This document shows, piece by piece, positions 17,156-24,463 of a stretch of DNA of 64,000 bases. A program made the position numbers and the translations under genes. The DNA is from a plasmid. Numbering within the stretch: the first letter of the stretch is position 1; each line of letters opens with the position of its first letter. The DNA lies in the NCBI RefSeq assembly GCF_054482525.1, contig NZ_JBTHVG010000004.1. The stretch is one strand, 5' to 3'. The notes beneath the pieces were generated by a model. The model searched no databases. It saw only the letters and a program-made list of their open reading frames with translations, and was not told the origin of the DNA.

Positions 17156-17248
17156 GACAAAGTCTCCATTTCTGGAATTTAAATCAAACGGAAAGGTTAA
17201 AAATTTATTTGCAGGCGATAAGAGCTAACCAGAGGAATTAGCCGTGTG

Positions 17249-17419
17249 ATAAAAGGATTGTTGCAGATACGAAAGTCGTTAGAATAGCCGCGGACGCTTG
17301 AGGCTGTATGCCGAAAGCGTTTTGTGGATGGTATACAGCAGAAAGCCCCCTGGAGATTTTTTATCAATCAACCAGGGGCTCTACTGTAATGCCTAGACAA
17401 CATTATAGTAGCCTGATAA
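17249..17419 (+). repeat. Duplicated, truncated copy of the pnd promoter/leader
   Basis: 171 bp matching 18670-18840, with 8 substitutions and two 1-nt indels by hand alignment. It includes TTGTTG-16 bp-TAGAAT (17258-17285) and the first 10 pndC-like codons, then diverges. Confidence 0.85.
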
Positions 17420-17461
17420 TTTAGATATGTGTACATCCTACCGGAAAAGATACTTTTCAGG

Positions 17462-18553
17462 TCATTTATCAATGGGTGTTATTACCACCGGTAGTTTGTT
17501 TACGTCTTCTAAATTAACTGGTACCGGAGGTAACCATATTAATCTAGGTTTACGCTCATGGGCTAGTTCTGGTTTCTTACTTCCTGTCCAGTATGTATGC
17601 CAGTGTCCCCGGCGTATATGAGGACGTTTGCTACCTATTGTTGTCCGCTCTTTCCCTGTGGGTTCTGCTTGGCGATATTGCCGTATGGCTTGCCCCATTC
17701 GAATACCAACGTCCCACTCCCGAATGTTTTGTGCTGGTAGTTCATGGTGAGTGTGAACATGCTTTTTGTGCTTTTCTGACCGTTTAAATTGATTTTTTTC
17801 TTTTATATCATTGATCTGTGAACAGATATAAAGCACCATTGATATCTGTGCGTTAAGAAGATTAAACTCCCTGTCTCTGAAATCTTTGAGCTTTTCGTTA
17901 ACTGTTACGACGACTTCACCATCGATACACTCCATCTTTCTGGAGTCAAGAAGTCCTTCACGAGAGTCCTTTATTCTGATGATATTATTGACGACGTCAA
18001 CATCCTTTTCTTTTAGCCCTGTAGTTCCTTGACTTTGTTTCAGATCATCAATAATGAAAAGCCGGATAATATTTCCATTATTGTCCAAAAATGGATAAAA
18101 GAAAAATCCATGTATCGGATAGGACGTAGGAAGTATAGTATGCAGATTTTCGGCTGAAACATAGATACTCCATGAAGGGAGTTCCTTGAGGATCTGTGCA
18201 GGAATGTTATCAACATAGGTGTTAGCCACATCACTGATGATGTCCTCGCTTAGGCGATAAATTTTCTTTGTATAGCGCCAGTATATAAAACACAAAATAC
18301 TGTGTGGTGACGATAATTCGTTTCCATGAAATAAAGATTCTAGTTTAGAAGCCAGTTCTTCATTTTTTTGTTGGCTCTGGAGACGACTCATTAGTATGCG
18401 TTCTTCATCTTTTCTGTCGATAAATAATAATGGATTGTCGCTGCGTTTTTTATTTCGGCATGCAAAGATTTGCTCTTCAAGCCCAGGGATTGTGTTGATG
18501 ACTTTTTTTATCTTTTTCAGGAAAATAGGTTGTTTTAACTGCGACATTTCCAT
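17462..18553 (-). CDS. Orphan AT-rich protein (363 aa), unknown function
   Basis: Long ORF in a visibly AT-rich insert between the two pnd-leader copies. The C-terminus is basic and His-rich, with the motif RPHIRRGHWHTYWTG. No family recognised. Confidence 0.7.
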   Translation of the reverse strand: MEMSQLKQPIFLKKIKKVINTIPGLEEQIFACRNKKRSDNPLLFIDRKDEERILMSRLQSQQKNEELASKLESLFHGNELSSPHSILCFIYWRYTKKIYRLSEDIISDVANTYVDNIPAQILKELPSWSIYVSAENLHTILPTSYPIHGFFFYPFLDNNGNIIRLFIIDDLKQSQGTTGLKEKDVDVVNNIIRIKDSREGLLDSRKMECIDGEVVVTVNEKLKDFRDREFNLLNAQISMVLYICSQINDIKEKNQFKRSEKHKKHVHTHHELPAQNIREWDVGIRMGQAIRQYRQAEPTGKERTTIGSKRPHIRRGHWHTYWTGSKKPELAHERKPRLIWLPPVPVNLEDVNKLPVVITPIDK

Positions 18554-18669
18554 CTCCTAAGGGGATTCTTTTATTAACTAAAATCAGCATAACATGCGTT
18601 GTTGTGAAGTAGAGAACCATGTATTGGGTTGGTTGTTAACTTCAAAAACAACGCTGAATCATTCAAATA

Positions 18670-18840
18670 ATAAAAGGATTGTTACAGATACGAAAGTCGT
18701 TAGAATAGCTGCGGGCGCTTGAGGCTGTATGCCGAAAGCGTTTTGTGGACGGTATACAGCAGAAAGCCCCTGGAGATTTTTTTATCAATCAACCAAGGGC
18801 TCTACTGTAATGCCTCAACAACATTATAGTAGCCCGATAA
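18670..18840 (+). repeat. pnd promoter/leader (intact copy)
   Basis: The partner of 17249-17419. It continues into pndC and pndA. Confidence 0.85.
18760..18820 (-). ncRNA. pndB: PndB (Sok-like) antisense RNA, approximate limits
   Basis: Minus-strand TTGCCT-17 bp-TACTAT (-10 at 18826-18831), antisense to the pndC start. A terminator-like stem (agcccttgg/ccaggggct) lies downstream. The limits are inferred by analogy with hok/sok. Confidence 0.5.
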
Positions 18841-19013
18841 CCGCCGGAAGGCAATGGAGGGGCTATGATGCCACAGCGAACGTTTTTAATGATGTTAATC
18901 GTCGTCTGTGTGACGATTCTGTGTTTTGTCTGGATGGTGAGGGATTCGCTTTGCGGACTCCGGCTCCAGCAGGGAAACACAGTGCTTGTGGCAACGTTAG
19001 CCTACGAAGTTAA
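18810..19013 (+). CDS. pndC: PndC (Mok-like overlapping reading frame)
   Basis: The ATG at 18810 opens a frame that overlaps pndA, as in hok/mok-type loci. Confidence 0.6.
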   Translation: MPQQHYSSPITAGRQWRGYDATANVFNDVNRRLCDDSVFCLDGEGFALRTPAPAGKHSACGNVSLRS

Positions 19014-19020
19014 ACGTTAA
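18868..19020 (+). CDS. pndA: PndA, Hok-family type I toxin (50 aa)
   Basis: MPQRTFLMMLIVVCVTILCFVWMVRDSLCGLRLQQGNTVLVATLAYEVKR is recognised as PndA/Hok family. It is too short to appear in the ORF track. Confidence 0.9.
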   Translation: MPQRTFLMMLIVVCVTILCFVWMVRDSLCGLRLQQGNTVLVATLAYEVKR

Positions 19021-19030
19021 CGGGCAACAC

Positions 19031-19051
19031 GGCGGCAGGTTTTCTGCCGCC
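19031..19051 (+). terminator. pnd terminator hairpin
   Basis: ggcggcag-gtttt-ctgccgcc stem-loop 11 nt after the pndA stop. Confidence 0.6.
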
Positions 19052-19091
19052 GCTTTGTTGCGAAGGCTGACCTCATTGCGCCCTTTCTTCT

Positions 19092-19343
19092 TCAATGAAG
19101 CGTATCTGGTATTGTTTCATTTTCCCTGAAGCCGATTAGCTCCAGCCGAATGCCTTTGCCATCGGGGGCCACGTTCTGCATTTCGCAGATACCACGTCGG
19201 GTCATGAGTGTGAAGGCTGTCATTGCCAGCATGGCTAACGCGTTTTCCTCGCTTCCGCTGCGTTTCTCGAGAGCATCGGCAATTTCTTCTATGCTCCCCA
19301 CCTGAAAGCAAGAGTCGAATTCTTTACTCCACTTTTCTGACAT
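19092..19343 (-). CDS. Hypothetical protein (83 aa)
   Basis: ORF with moderate coding appearance. No recognised domain. Confidence 0.5.
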   Translation of the reverse strand: MSEKWSKEFDSCFQVGSIEEIADALEKRSGSEENALAMLAMTAFTLMTRRGICEMQNVAPDGKGIRLELIGFRENETIPDTLH

Positions 19344-19496
19344 CGGATTTTCTCTCTGTATTTATGGGTAGTTATCGAACTGAATGTGCCAGTTTTTTCA
19401 GGAGACGGCAAAGTTGAGATGATTGGTTCTGATTCAAAGCATGAGTTTCCCCGGTGTGACGGGCATGTCGGGCGGATTTTGAGAAACAACAGATGT

Positions 19497-19527
19497 AAAA
19501 AAACCGACTGGTGAGGTCGGTTTTTTT
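19497..19527. terminator. Bidirectional rho-independent terminator
   Basis: aaaaaaa-ccgac-tggtgag-gtcgg-ttttttt. It has a U-tract when read on either strand. Confidence 0.85.
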
Positions 19528-19583
19528 ACTGTTCCGTTACAGAGTGGGTGGCTCTGGTCGGAAAAGAACTGTCTATAACTGAC
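19497..19583 (-). ncRNA. Predicted AgrB/IstR-like antitoxin sRNA (~85 nt)
   Basis: A minus-strand promoter (TTGCAG 19618-19613, 17-bp spacer, TACTAT 19595-19590) places the transcription start near 19583. The first 32 nt are complementary to 19740-19771 (31 Watson-Crick pairs plus 1 G-U). It ends at the terminator at 19497-19527. Confidence 0.6.
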
Positions 19584-19739
19584 TTGTAGATAGTACGTCT
19601 GGAATTATATTTCTGCAAGTACTGGATAAGTGTATACTCGGCATGTCAGCTCTGAGGCATGTTCTGTCCGACATATTGTTCAGCGGGAAGAACAGGTTGC
19701 AAGTCCTGGCCAAAACATCAGGTGGTGCTGGTTTTGGTG

Positions 19740-19771
19740 CTCTGGTCGGAGAAGAACTGTCTATAACTGAC
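19740..19771 (+). promoter_or_regulatory. Predicted sRNA target box in the toxin mRNA leader
   Basis: Direct repeat of 19552-19583 (31/32 identical), 73 nt upstream of the small ORF's ATG. Confidence 0.6.
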
Positions 19772-19843
19772 ACTATAGAAACCGTTGTGACAGGCAGTGT
19801 AAGAGCGAACAACGGGGTTCTTTCTCCAGTGATGGAGAAGCGG

Positions 19844-19939
19844 ATGATTAATCTGTTAATCATCGTTCTCAGGGCAGTAGTTGCCGTTGCAAACGCGCTG
19901 ATTGCTGTTCTGGAACTGATCCGGGAACTTATCGACTGA
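19844..19939 (+). CDS. Predicted DinQ/TisB-like type I toxin peptide (31 aa)
   Basis: MINLLIIVLRAVVAVANALIAVLELIRELID. GGAG lies 6 nt upstream and can pair with ctcc at 19824-19827. The peptide is a single amphipathic helix with polar residues at 7-residue spacing, and it resembles the DinQ and TisB sequences as I recall them. Confidence 0.6.
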   Translation: MINLLIIVLRAVVAVANALIAVLELIRELID

Positions 19940-19958
19940 TAAGCCTGGAAACGTAACT

Positions 19959-19988
19959 AAGGGCAGGGAGTTACCGCTTCCTGCCCTT
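19959..19988. terminator. Hairpin between convergent small genes
   Basis: aagggcagg (19959-19967) pairs perfectly with cctgccctt (19980-19988). There is no clear T-tract. Confidence 0.45.
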
Positions 19989-20003
19989 TAACAAAAAGAG
20001 ATC

Positions 20004-20180
20004 TCACGTTAAAAATTTGTACCCTTCTTTAACTTCCAGTGCCTGCTCCTTTGACTCAAACATCAGTCTTGTTTTCCCGGGAACACCCCATGAAATGTAT
20101 TCAACATCTATCCACCATTTTCCATATTCTTCATATGGCTCGGATATTACTTTTTTGACAAAGGCGTCTACCAGATTCAT
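20004..20180 (-). CDS. Small hypothetical protein (58 aa)
   Basis: The internal ATG at 20180 is preceded by aaaaaggaaaaaac. The sequence is MNLVDAFVKKVISEPYEEYGKWWIDVEY..., soluble and Trp-rich. The track's longer form (94 aa) lacks a Shine-Dalgarno sequence. Confidence 0.45.
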   Translation of the reverse strand: MNLVDAFVKKVISEPYEEYGKWWIDVEYISWGVPGKTRLMFESKEQALEVKEGYKFLT

Positions 20181-20571
20181 TGTTTTTTCCTTTTTGTGTT
20201 GAAAATAATTAATGCCAGAGCACAGCGAAAATAATGAATGCGCTGGCTGTGATAATTGCGATTTTCTCCCATATGATATTTTTCTCATGGGGGTTTCTAC
20301 GGAGATTATTTCTTCGCATTGAGATACCGGTATTCATGTTTTATCTTGGATTTTTGTTTTGTTGTCTGTCTGGCAGGCTGTTCTGCGCCCGTTTGTGACA
20401 AGGTTAGCTTATGGGGTTAAATGGTCACGGACATCATGCGGACGGTTCCCTGTCACATGCCATCTGGTTTTTTCATTCAAATTGAGAGATATTGCTAAGT
20501 TGAGTCGCTTGCGATAGTGGACTCCTGTTTGCAAGTGAGTGCCATTGTTTATTTCATGAAGAGGATTGATT

Positions 20572-20781
20572 ATGAGCATGCCTCCTGCGATAGCTAATAC
20601 TTTCTTGTTTGAAATGATGAAGAGTAAATCAAAAGACGTTACACTTGCTGCGATCTATGCATTAGGTGAAGGCCGGTGTCAGGCGGAGAACATTACTCGT
20701 GAATTACATAGATTGAGTCAAAGTGATGATATGGAAATAAAAATTGCTGCGATTAAAGCACTTGGTCGAATTTATCGGTAA
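20572..20781 (+). CDS. Short HEAT/PBS-lyase-repeat protein (69 aa), possibly a remnant
   Basis: It contains two HEAT-like repeats (DVTLAAIYALGEG and MEIKIAAIKALGRIY). The ATG at 20572 is preceded by gaagagg. Confidence 0.45.
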   Translation: MSMPPAIANTFLFEMMKSKSKDVTLAAIYALGEGRCQAENITRELHRLSQSDDMEIKIAAIKALGRIYR

Positions 20782-20852
20782 CGGCATAAGTTATCTGTTG
20801 TAATGAACAAAAGCCGGCTCATTTGAACCGGCTGTTATGGAGGGAGCTTATC

Positions 20853-21515
20853 TTAAAATACTTCGGCTACAGGTATGCCTGCAATCTGCTCCCACTCCTT
20901 ACGCTTTTCCTGAATCAGGCGAGGAAAGTCGACAGGGTAATCATATCCTCGACTTGCCATCGCGTGCATGGTGTTTGATGCGGTTTCTGGATGAGTACAC
21001 CATGATGGAATAGGAACCATTGGCAGGTTGATGTATTTCGTATGAATTTCCAGTGTTTTGTCGTCTGTTACAGTACGAGTGAAATTATGAATGTCAAAAC
21101 CGATAACATCCATAATGTTGCCTGGATAAATACGGACATACAACATTGTGCCATTTTTAAGGTCAATACCGAAATAAGCTCCCTGAGTTAAAGATAATCC
21201 TTCATACCCCTTCTCTGGAGAGTAGAAGCCTGACTCTTTTATTGTTTGTACAACTTTTCTTATTTTTTCTCTCCTTGTTTTTGCACGTGAGTACATCCAT
21301 ATGCCTGGCGCAAGTAATAAGAACCAACTACCAAAAGTGACAACATAATCTTCGACCTTATTTCCGAAATAACGATCAGAACATAGCATTTCGGTAAAGC
21401 CTAATGCGCAGAACAGAAAAAAAGGTATTCCAAGAAAGAAATAAGCTTTTCTTAATACATAATAAAATAGCCACCAGGTTGGAAATCTGTCTGTTGTTTC
21501 TTTTTTAGCTTTCAT
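20853..21515 (-). CDS. excA: Entry-exclusion protein ExcA
   Basis: 220 aa membrane protein, the last gene after traY. Length and position match R64 excA. Confidence 0.8.
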   Translation of the reverse strand: MKAKKETTDRFPTWWLFYYVLRKAYFFLGIPFFLFCALGFTEMLCSDRYFGNKVEDYVVTFGSWFLLLAPGIWMYSRAKTRREKIRKVVQTIKESGFYSPEKGYEGLSLTQGAYFGIDLKNGTMLYVRIYPGNIMDVIGFDIHNFTRTVTDDKTLEIHTKYINLPMVPIPSWCTHPETASNTMHAMASRGYDYPVDFPRLIQEKRKEWEQIAGIPVAEVF

Positions 21516-21585
21516 ATAATGCCTCCCCTCGTACTATCTATTATTTTAATGCCGATGGGGAGGTTGTGCAATATTTATATTGATA

Positions 21586-23823
21586 TTATCCTTTTATTCC
21601 GTCCTTGTCGTCACTTCCTTTTGTATTATCTTTAAGACGATCTGTTTTCATTCCAGGAGTATGTCGGATATTGCGACTTCCTCCAATAAATATTTCTTTA
21701 ACAGAATTTGCCATGCTGCCAAGCGTGTTGGCTCCATCACGTCCCCCTAGGAAGTTAATAACATGATCAGGTAGGTAGGCCTGAAGGGCAAATATGGCAG
21801 CTACAGTGGTTGTACAAATTCTGGCGTATATCAGCAAGAAACCAGCAAGACTGAAAATACCGGTCAGCGAATTGAACTGTACGTTAACCAGGGCAGCGCC
21901 AAATAATGCATTCAGTATTGTGCCTACGGCGATGATGGCTACAGAAGCAAAGAAAAAACCAAAGACCATGATGGGCGGCCTTATCATACTATCAATTAAG
22001 TATATATAACCGTAGGCTGCCCGACTTCCTCTGTCTTCTGATGTCCCGAGATGTGTTGCAGCCCACAGCGGCCCGGCGGTACATCCTATTAATACGCTGA
22101 CTATCCAGTTCCCGATGCCTGTCATCCAGAAAATAAACGGAATGAATGGCAGGTAAATTGATAAGGAAAATCCAGCACAGAACATCAGGAACAAAAGAAA
22201 ATAAACAGGTGGTGCAAGTGCTTCAAACAGCGCGGTAAGCATCGAAGCGGCACCTGTTAGTGAGTTAAAGAATTTTACAAGAATTGAATCTTTGCCACCG
22301 GCAACGACAACTCTGGCCGTTGTATATATAGTCCAGATTCCTTCTGCACTTACCATTGTTATATCTCCGATATTTTTCATTTTTATCAGAGGATTAATTT
22401 GAGCACTGGTTGTGCCTGTGCCACTTGTTTCCGTTGCAATCCTGTTAGTGAGACTAACAAGGGGGCCCATAATTTCAGACAAGGCAGATTTCGGATCTTG
22501 TGCATTTGCCATGCGTTGTTCACTGGATGATACTACTGTGCCCAGCGGTGGCGTATAGGAGGAATTCTGCAGTTGCGTCCTATAGGCACTCATGACCGCA
22601 CTGAATAAGTCAGTATCACCAACTTCTCCCAGTGATGACATTGAAGTTACAGCTGGAGCTCTGTCAGCCAGCTCTGCCAGACGCTGGTTAGCAGTGGCAA
22701 AGGTCTGATACCATGCGCCAAGCGTTACCCACCCGTAGGTTGTGAGATAAGATTTAAGAGCCTCTTTTCTGGATTGCTCTCCGTTATCAGTGGGTAGCGA
22801 TTTTTGCACAGCACGTTCGTATTCGTCGGCTGCTTTCTGAATTCGTGTCTCGATATCCGGCAGTGTTCCGTTGCCAGAATTTCTTTTTTCCAGAAATGTT
22901 GTCACAAACTCACTGGCAGCGTTGTCCATGTCGCTAATCATATTATCCATGGCTGCACGTTGTGCTGAGATAACACCGCTGTATTCGTTTTTACTGAAGG
23001 GATTAAAGAATTTTCCAATCGTCGACTGATCTGTTGTTCCGTTCCCTTCTACTGACAGGCTGGCAGTACCACAGATACCGCTGCCATTGGATATTGTGAC
23101 AGTGTAATTACCACTGGCGGTTTTAGCTGATTCTGTCATCAGTGAAGTCGAGGATTTGGCCGTCTGATTAAAATCATTTAGCCCTGCGTTAACCGCATAC
23201 TTACACAGTTCCATTTCAAAAATGCCACGCGCTGCTGTTCGTGTGGATGCCTGAACTGGCTGTACAGTCATTGAATAACCATTTGCGATATTATCAGCGG
23301 CAACTTGCACCATCACATTGGCGGACCCAACCCCCATTATCGATGCGCCCCATAACATAATGAGCTGAGCGAGACTCCAGCCATTTCCGGTAGGAACGAT
23401 CATCAGAAAACCTGCGACGAAACTCAGTATGCCGACAATATCGCGCCCGACGCTGAATACCTGTCCCTGATGCCCCGAACGCACAACATGGCGGATACTA
23501 ATGAAGATACACCAGACGATAGCAAGTACGGCAATGATATTGTTGAACACCCAGAACATGCTTCCGATCAGGGTGGGGTCGCTGGTTGACAGTGGATTGG
23601 TGACCACATCACCGAATATCGTGACCAGCGCCTGGCGGGACAGATCGTCAGGATTGGTGGCGGCAGACACAATATCCTGATAGGTCACTGAAGCCATTGC
23701 CGGCAGTGAGGATATAGCAAGGCCTGCACAGAGTGCGCGAAGTAAAATTTTCACAGTAACTCCGGAATAGAATTGCGTATGGGCAAAGGCCACACAGGAT
23801 TTAATTAAGGGGGATGGCGACAT
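21586..23823 (-). CDS. traY: TraY, polytopic membrane protein (DotA-like)
   Basis: 745 aa with many transmembrane segments. Order and length as in R64. Confidence 0.85.
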   Translation of the reverse strand: MSPSPLIKSCVAFAHTQFYSGVTVKILLRALCAGLAISSLPAMASVTYQDIVSAATNPDDLSRQALVTIFGDVVTNPLSTSDPTLIGSMFWVFNNIIAVLAIVWCIFISIRHVVRSGHQGQVFSVGRDIVGILSFVAGFLMIVPTGNGWSLAQLIMLWGASIMGVGSANVMVQVAADNIANGYSMTVQPVQASTRTAARGIFEMELCKYAVNAGLNDFNQTAKSSTSLMTESAKTASGNYTVTISNGSGICGTASLSVEGNGTTDQSTIGKFFNPFSKNEYSGVISAQRAAMDNMISDMDNAASEFVTTFLEKRNSGNGTLPDIETRIQKAADEYERAVQKSLPTDNGEQSRKEALKSYLTTYGWVTLGAWYQTFATANQRLAELADRAPAVTSMSSLGEVGDTDLFSAVMSAYRTQLQNSSYTPPLGTVVSSSEQRMANAQDPKSALSEIMGPLVSLTNRIATETSGTGTTSAQINPLIKMKNIGDITMVSAEGIWTIYTTARVVVAGGKDSILVKFFNSLTGAASMLTALFEALAPPVYFLLFLMFCAGFSLSIYLPFIPFIFWMTGIGNWIVSVLIGCTAGPLWAATHLGTSEDRGSRAAYGYIYLIDSMIRPPIMVFGFFFASVAIIAVGTILNALFGAALVNVQFNSLTGIFSLAGFLLIYARICTTTVAAIFALQAYLPDHVINFLGGRDGANTLGSMANSVKEIFIGGSRNIRHTPGMKTDRLKDNTKGSDDKDGIKG

Positions 23824-23850
23824 GCCACTGGTACTGGCATCTGGACGTGA

Positions 23851-24435
23851 TCAGTATTGTTTACTGGTTACGGCAATTAATGTGGCATTGCGCCAGCCAT
23901 TGCGGTCGTTCAGAAAATCACGGAAAGTCCCCTGCTCGGGTTCGCTGACTTTTCGTTCATGCAACTGCCAGAGGCGGTATGTAACAATCAGTGCTCTGGA
24001 AGCACAAAGAGCGACGCCTGACAGTATCAACACAAGAGTGCTGATGGCGCGTACCAGAGTCGTAAGAGGTAATGAAGAGGCGGCAAAGAGCATACCACTG
24101 AGAAACAAAGCGATGGCCAGCAGACTCCAGCAACAGAATCGCCATACTGTTCTGCGCCGGCGGAAACGACGATCCAGATCGTCTACTGACATATGGCTGG
24201 CCTGCAGAGCTTCTTCCCACGTGAGGTGGAGTTGCGCCTTTTTATTATTTACCTGACGAAATCTGTCCAGCCTGCGTTTTTGTTGTTCCAGCATATGCTG
24301 TACAGAATTCGTTATCAGGCGAGTCTCCATCAGCGGAACAAAAATGTTAATAATCCTCCGGGTGGCTATGCGGGTTATGGATGGTGATTTTTTGACGTTT
24401 TTCGTCTGGTCTGAATTTTCCGGTAACTTATTCAT
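23851..24435 (-). CDS. traX: TraX
   Basis: 194 aa with two transmembrane segments. Order and length as in R64. Confidence 0.8.
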   Translation of the reverse strand: MNKLPENSDQTKNVKKSPSITRIATRRIINIFVPLMETRLITNSVQHMLEQQKRRLDRFRQVNNKKAQLHLTWEEALQASHMSVDDLDRRFRRRRTVWRFCCWSLLAIALFLSGMLFAASSLPLTTLVRAISTLVLILSGVALCASRALIVTYRLWQLHERKVSEPEQGTFRDFLNDRNGWRNATLIAVTSKQY

Positions 24436-24463
24436 TTTTTCAGTCCTGTTCTGACGTCAGCTT

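Noticed and set aside
19621-19640. A possible LexA (SOS) box at the toxin promoter (tactggataagtgtatactc), as would be expected for dinQ/tisB-type loci.
   Set aside because: Only the left CTG half-site matches. The right half reads TAC instead of CAG, and I count about 13/20 matches to TACTGTATATATATACAGTA. That is not enough to claim SOS control.
19643-19939. The 98-codon ORF as a real protein, and the antisense ORF at 19573-19863.
   Set aside because: The best + strand -10 element (TATACT, 19633-19638) would start transcription at about the ATG itself, and there is no Shine-Dalgarno sequence. Only the last 31 codons have an RBS and a coherent (membrane-helix) character. By analogy with tisA/tisB, the upstream part is more likely an untranslated leader. 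This still needs experimental confirmation.
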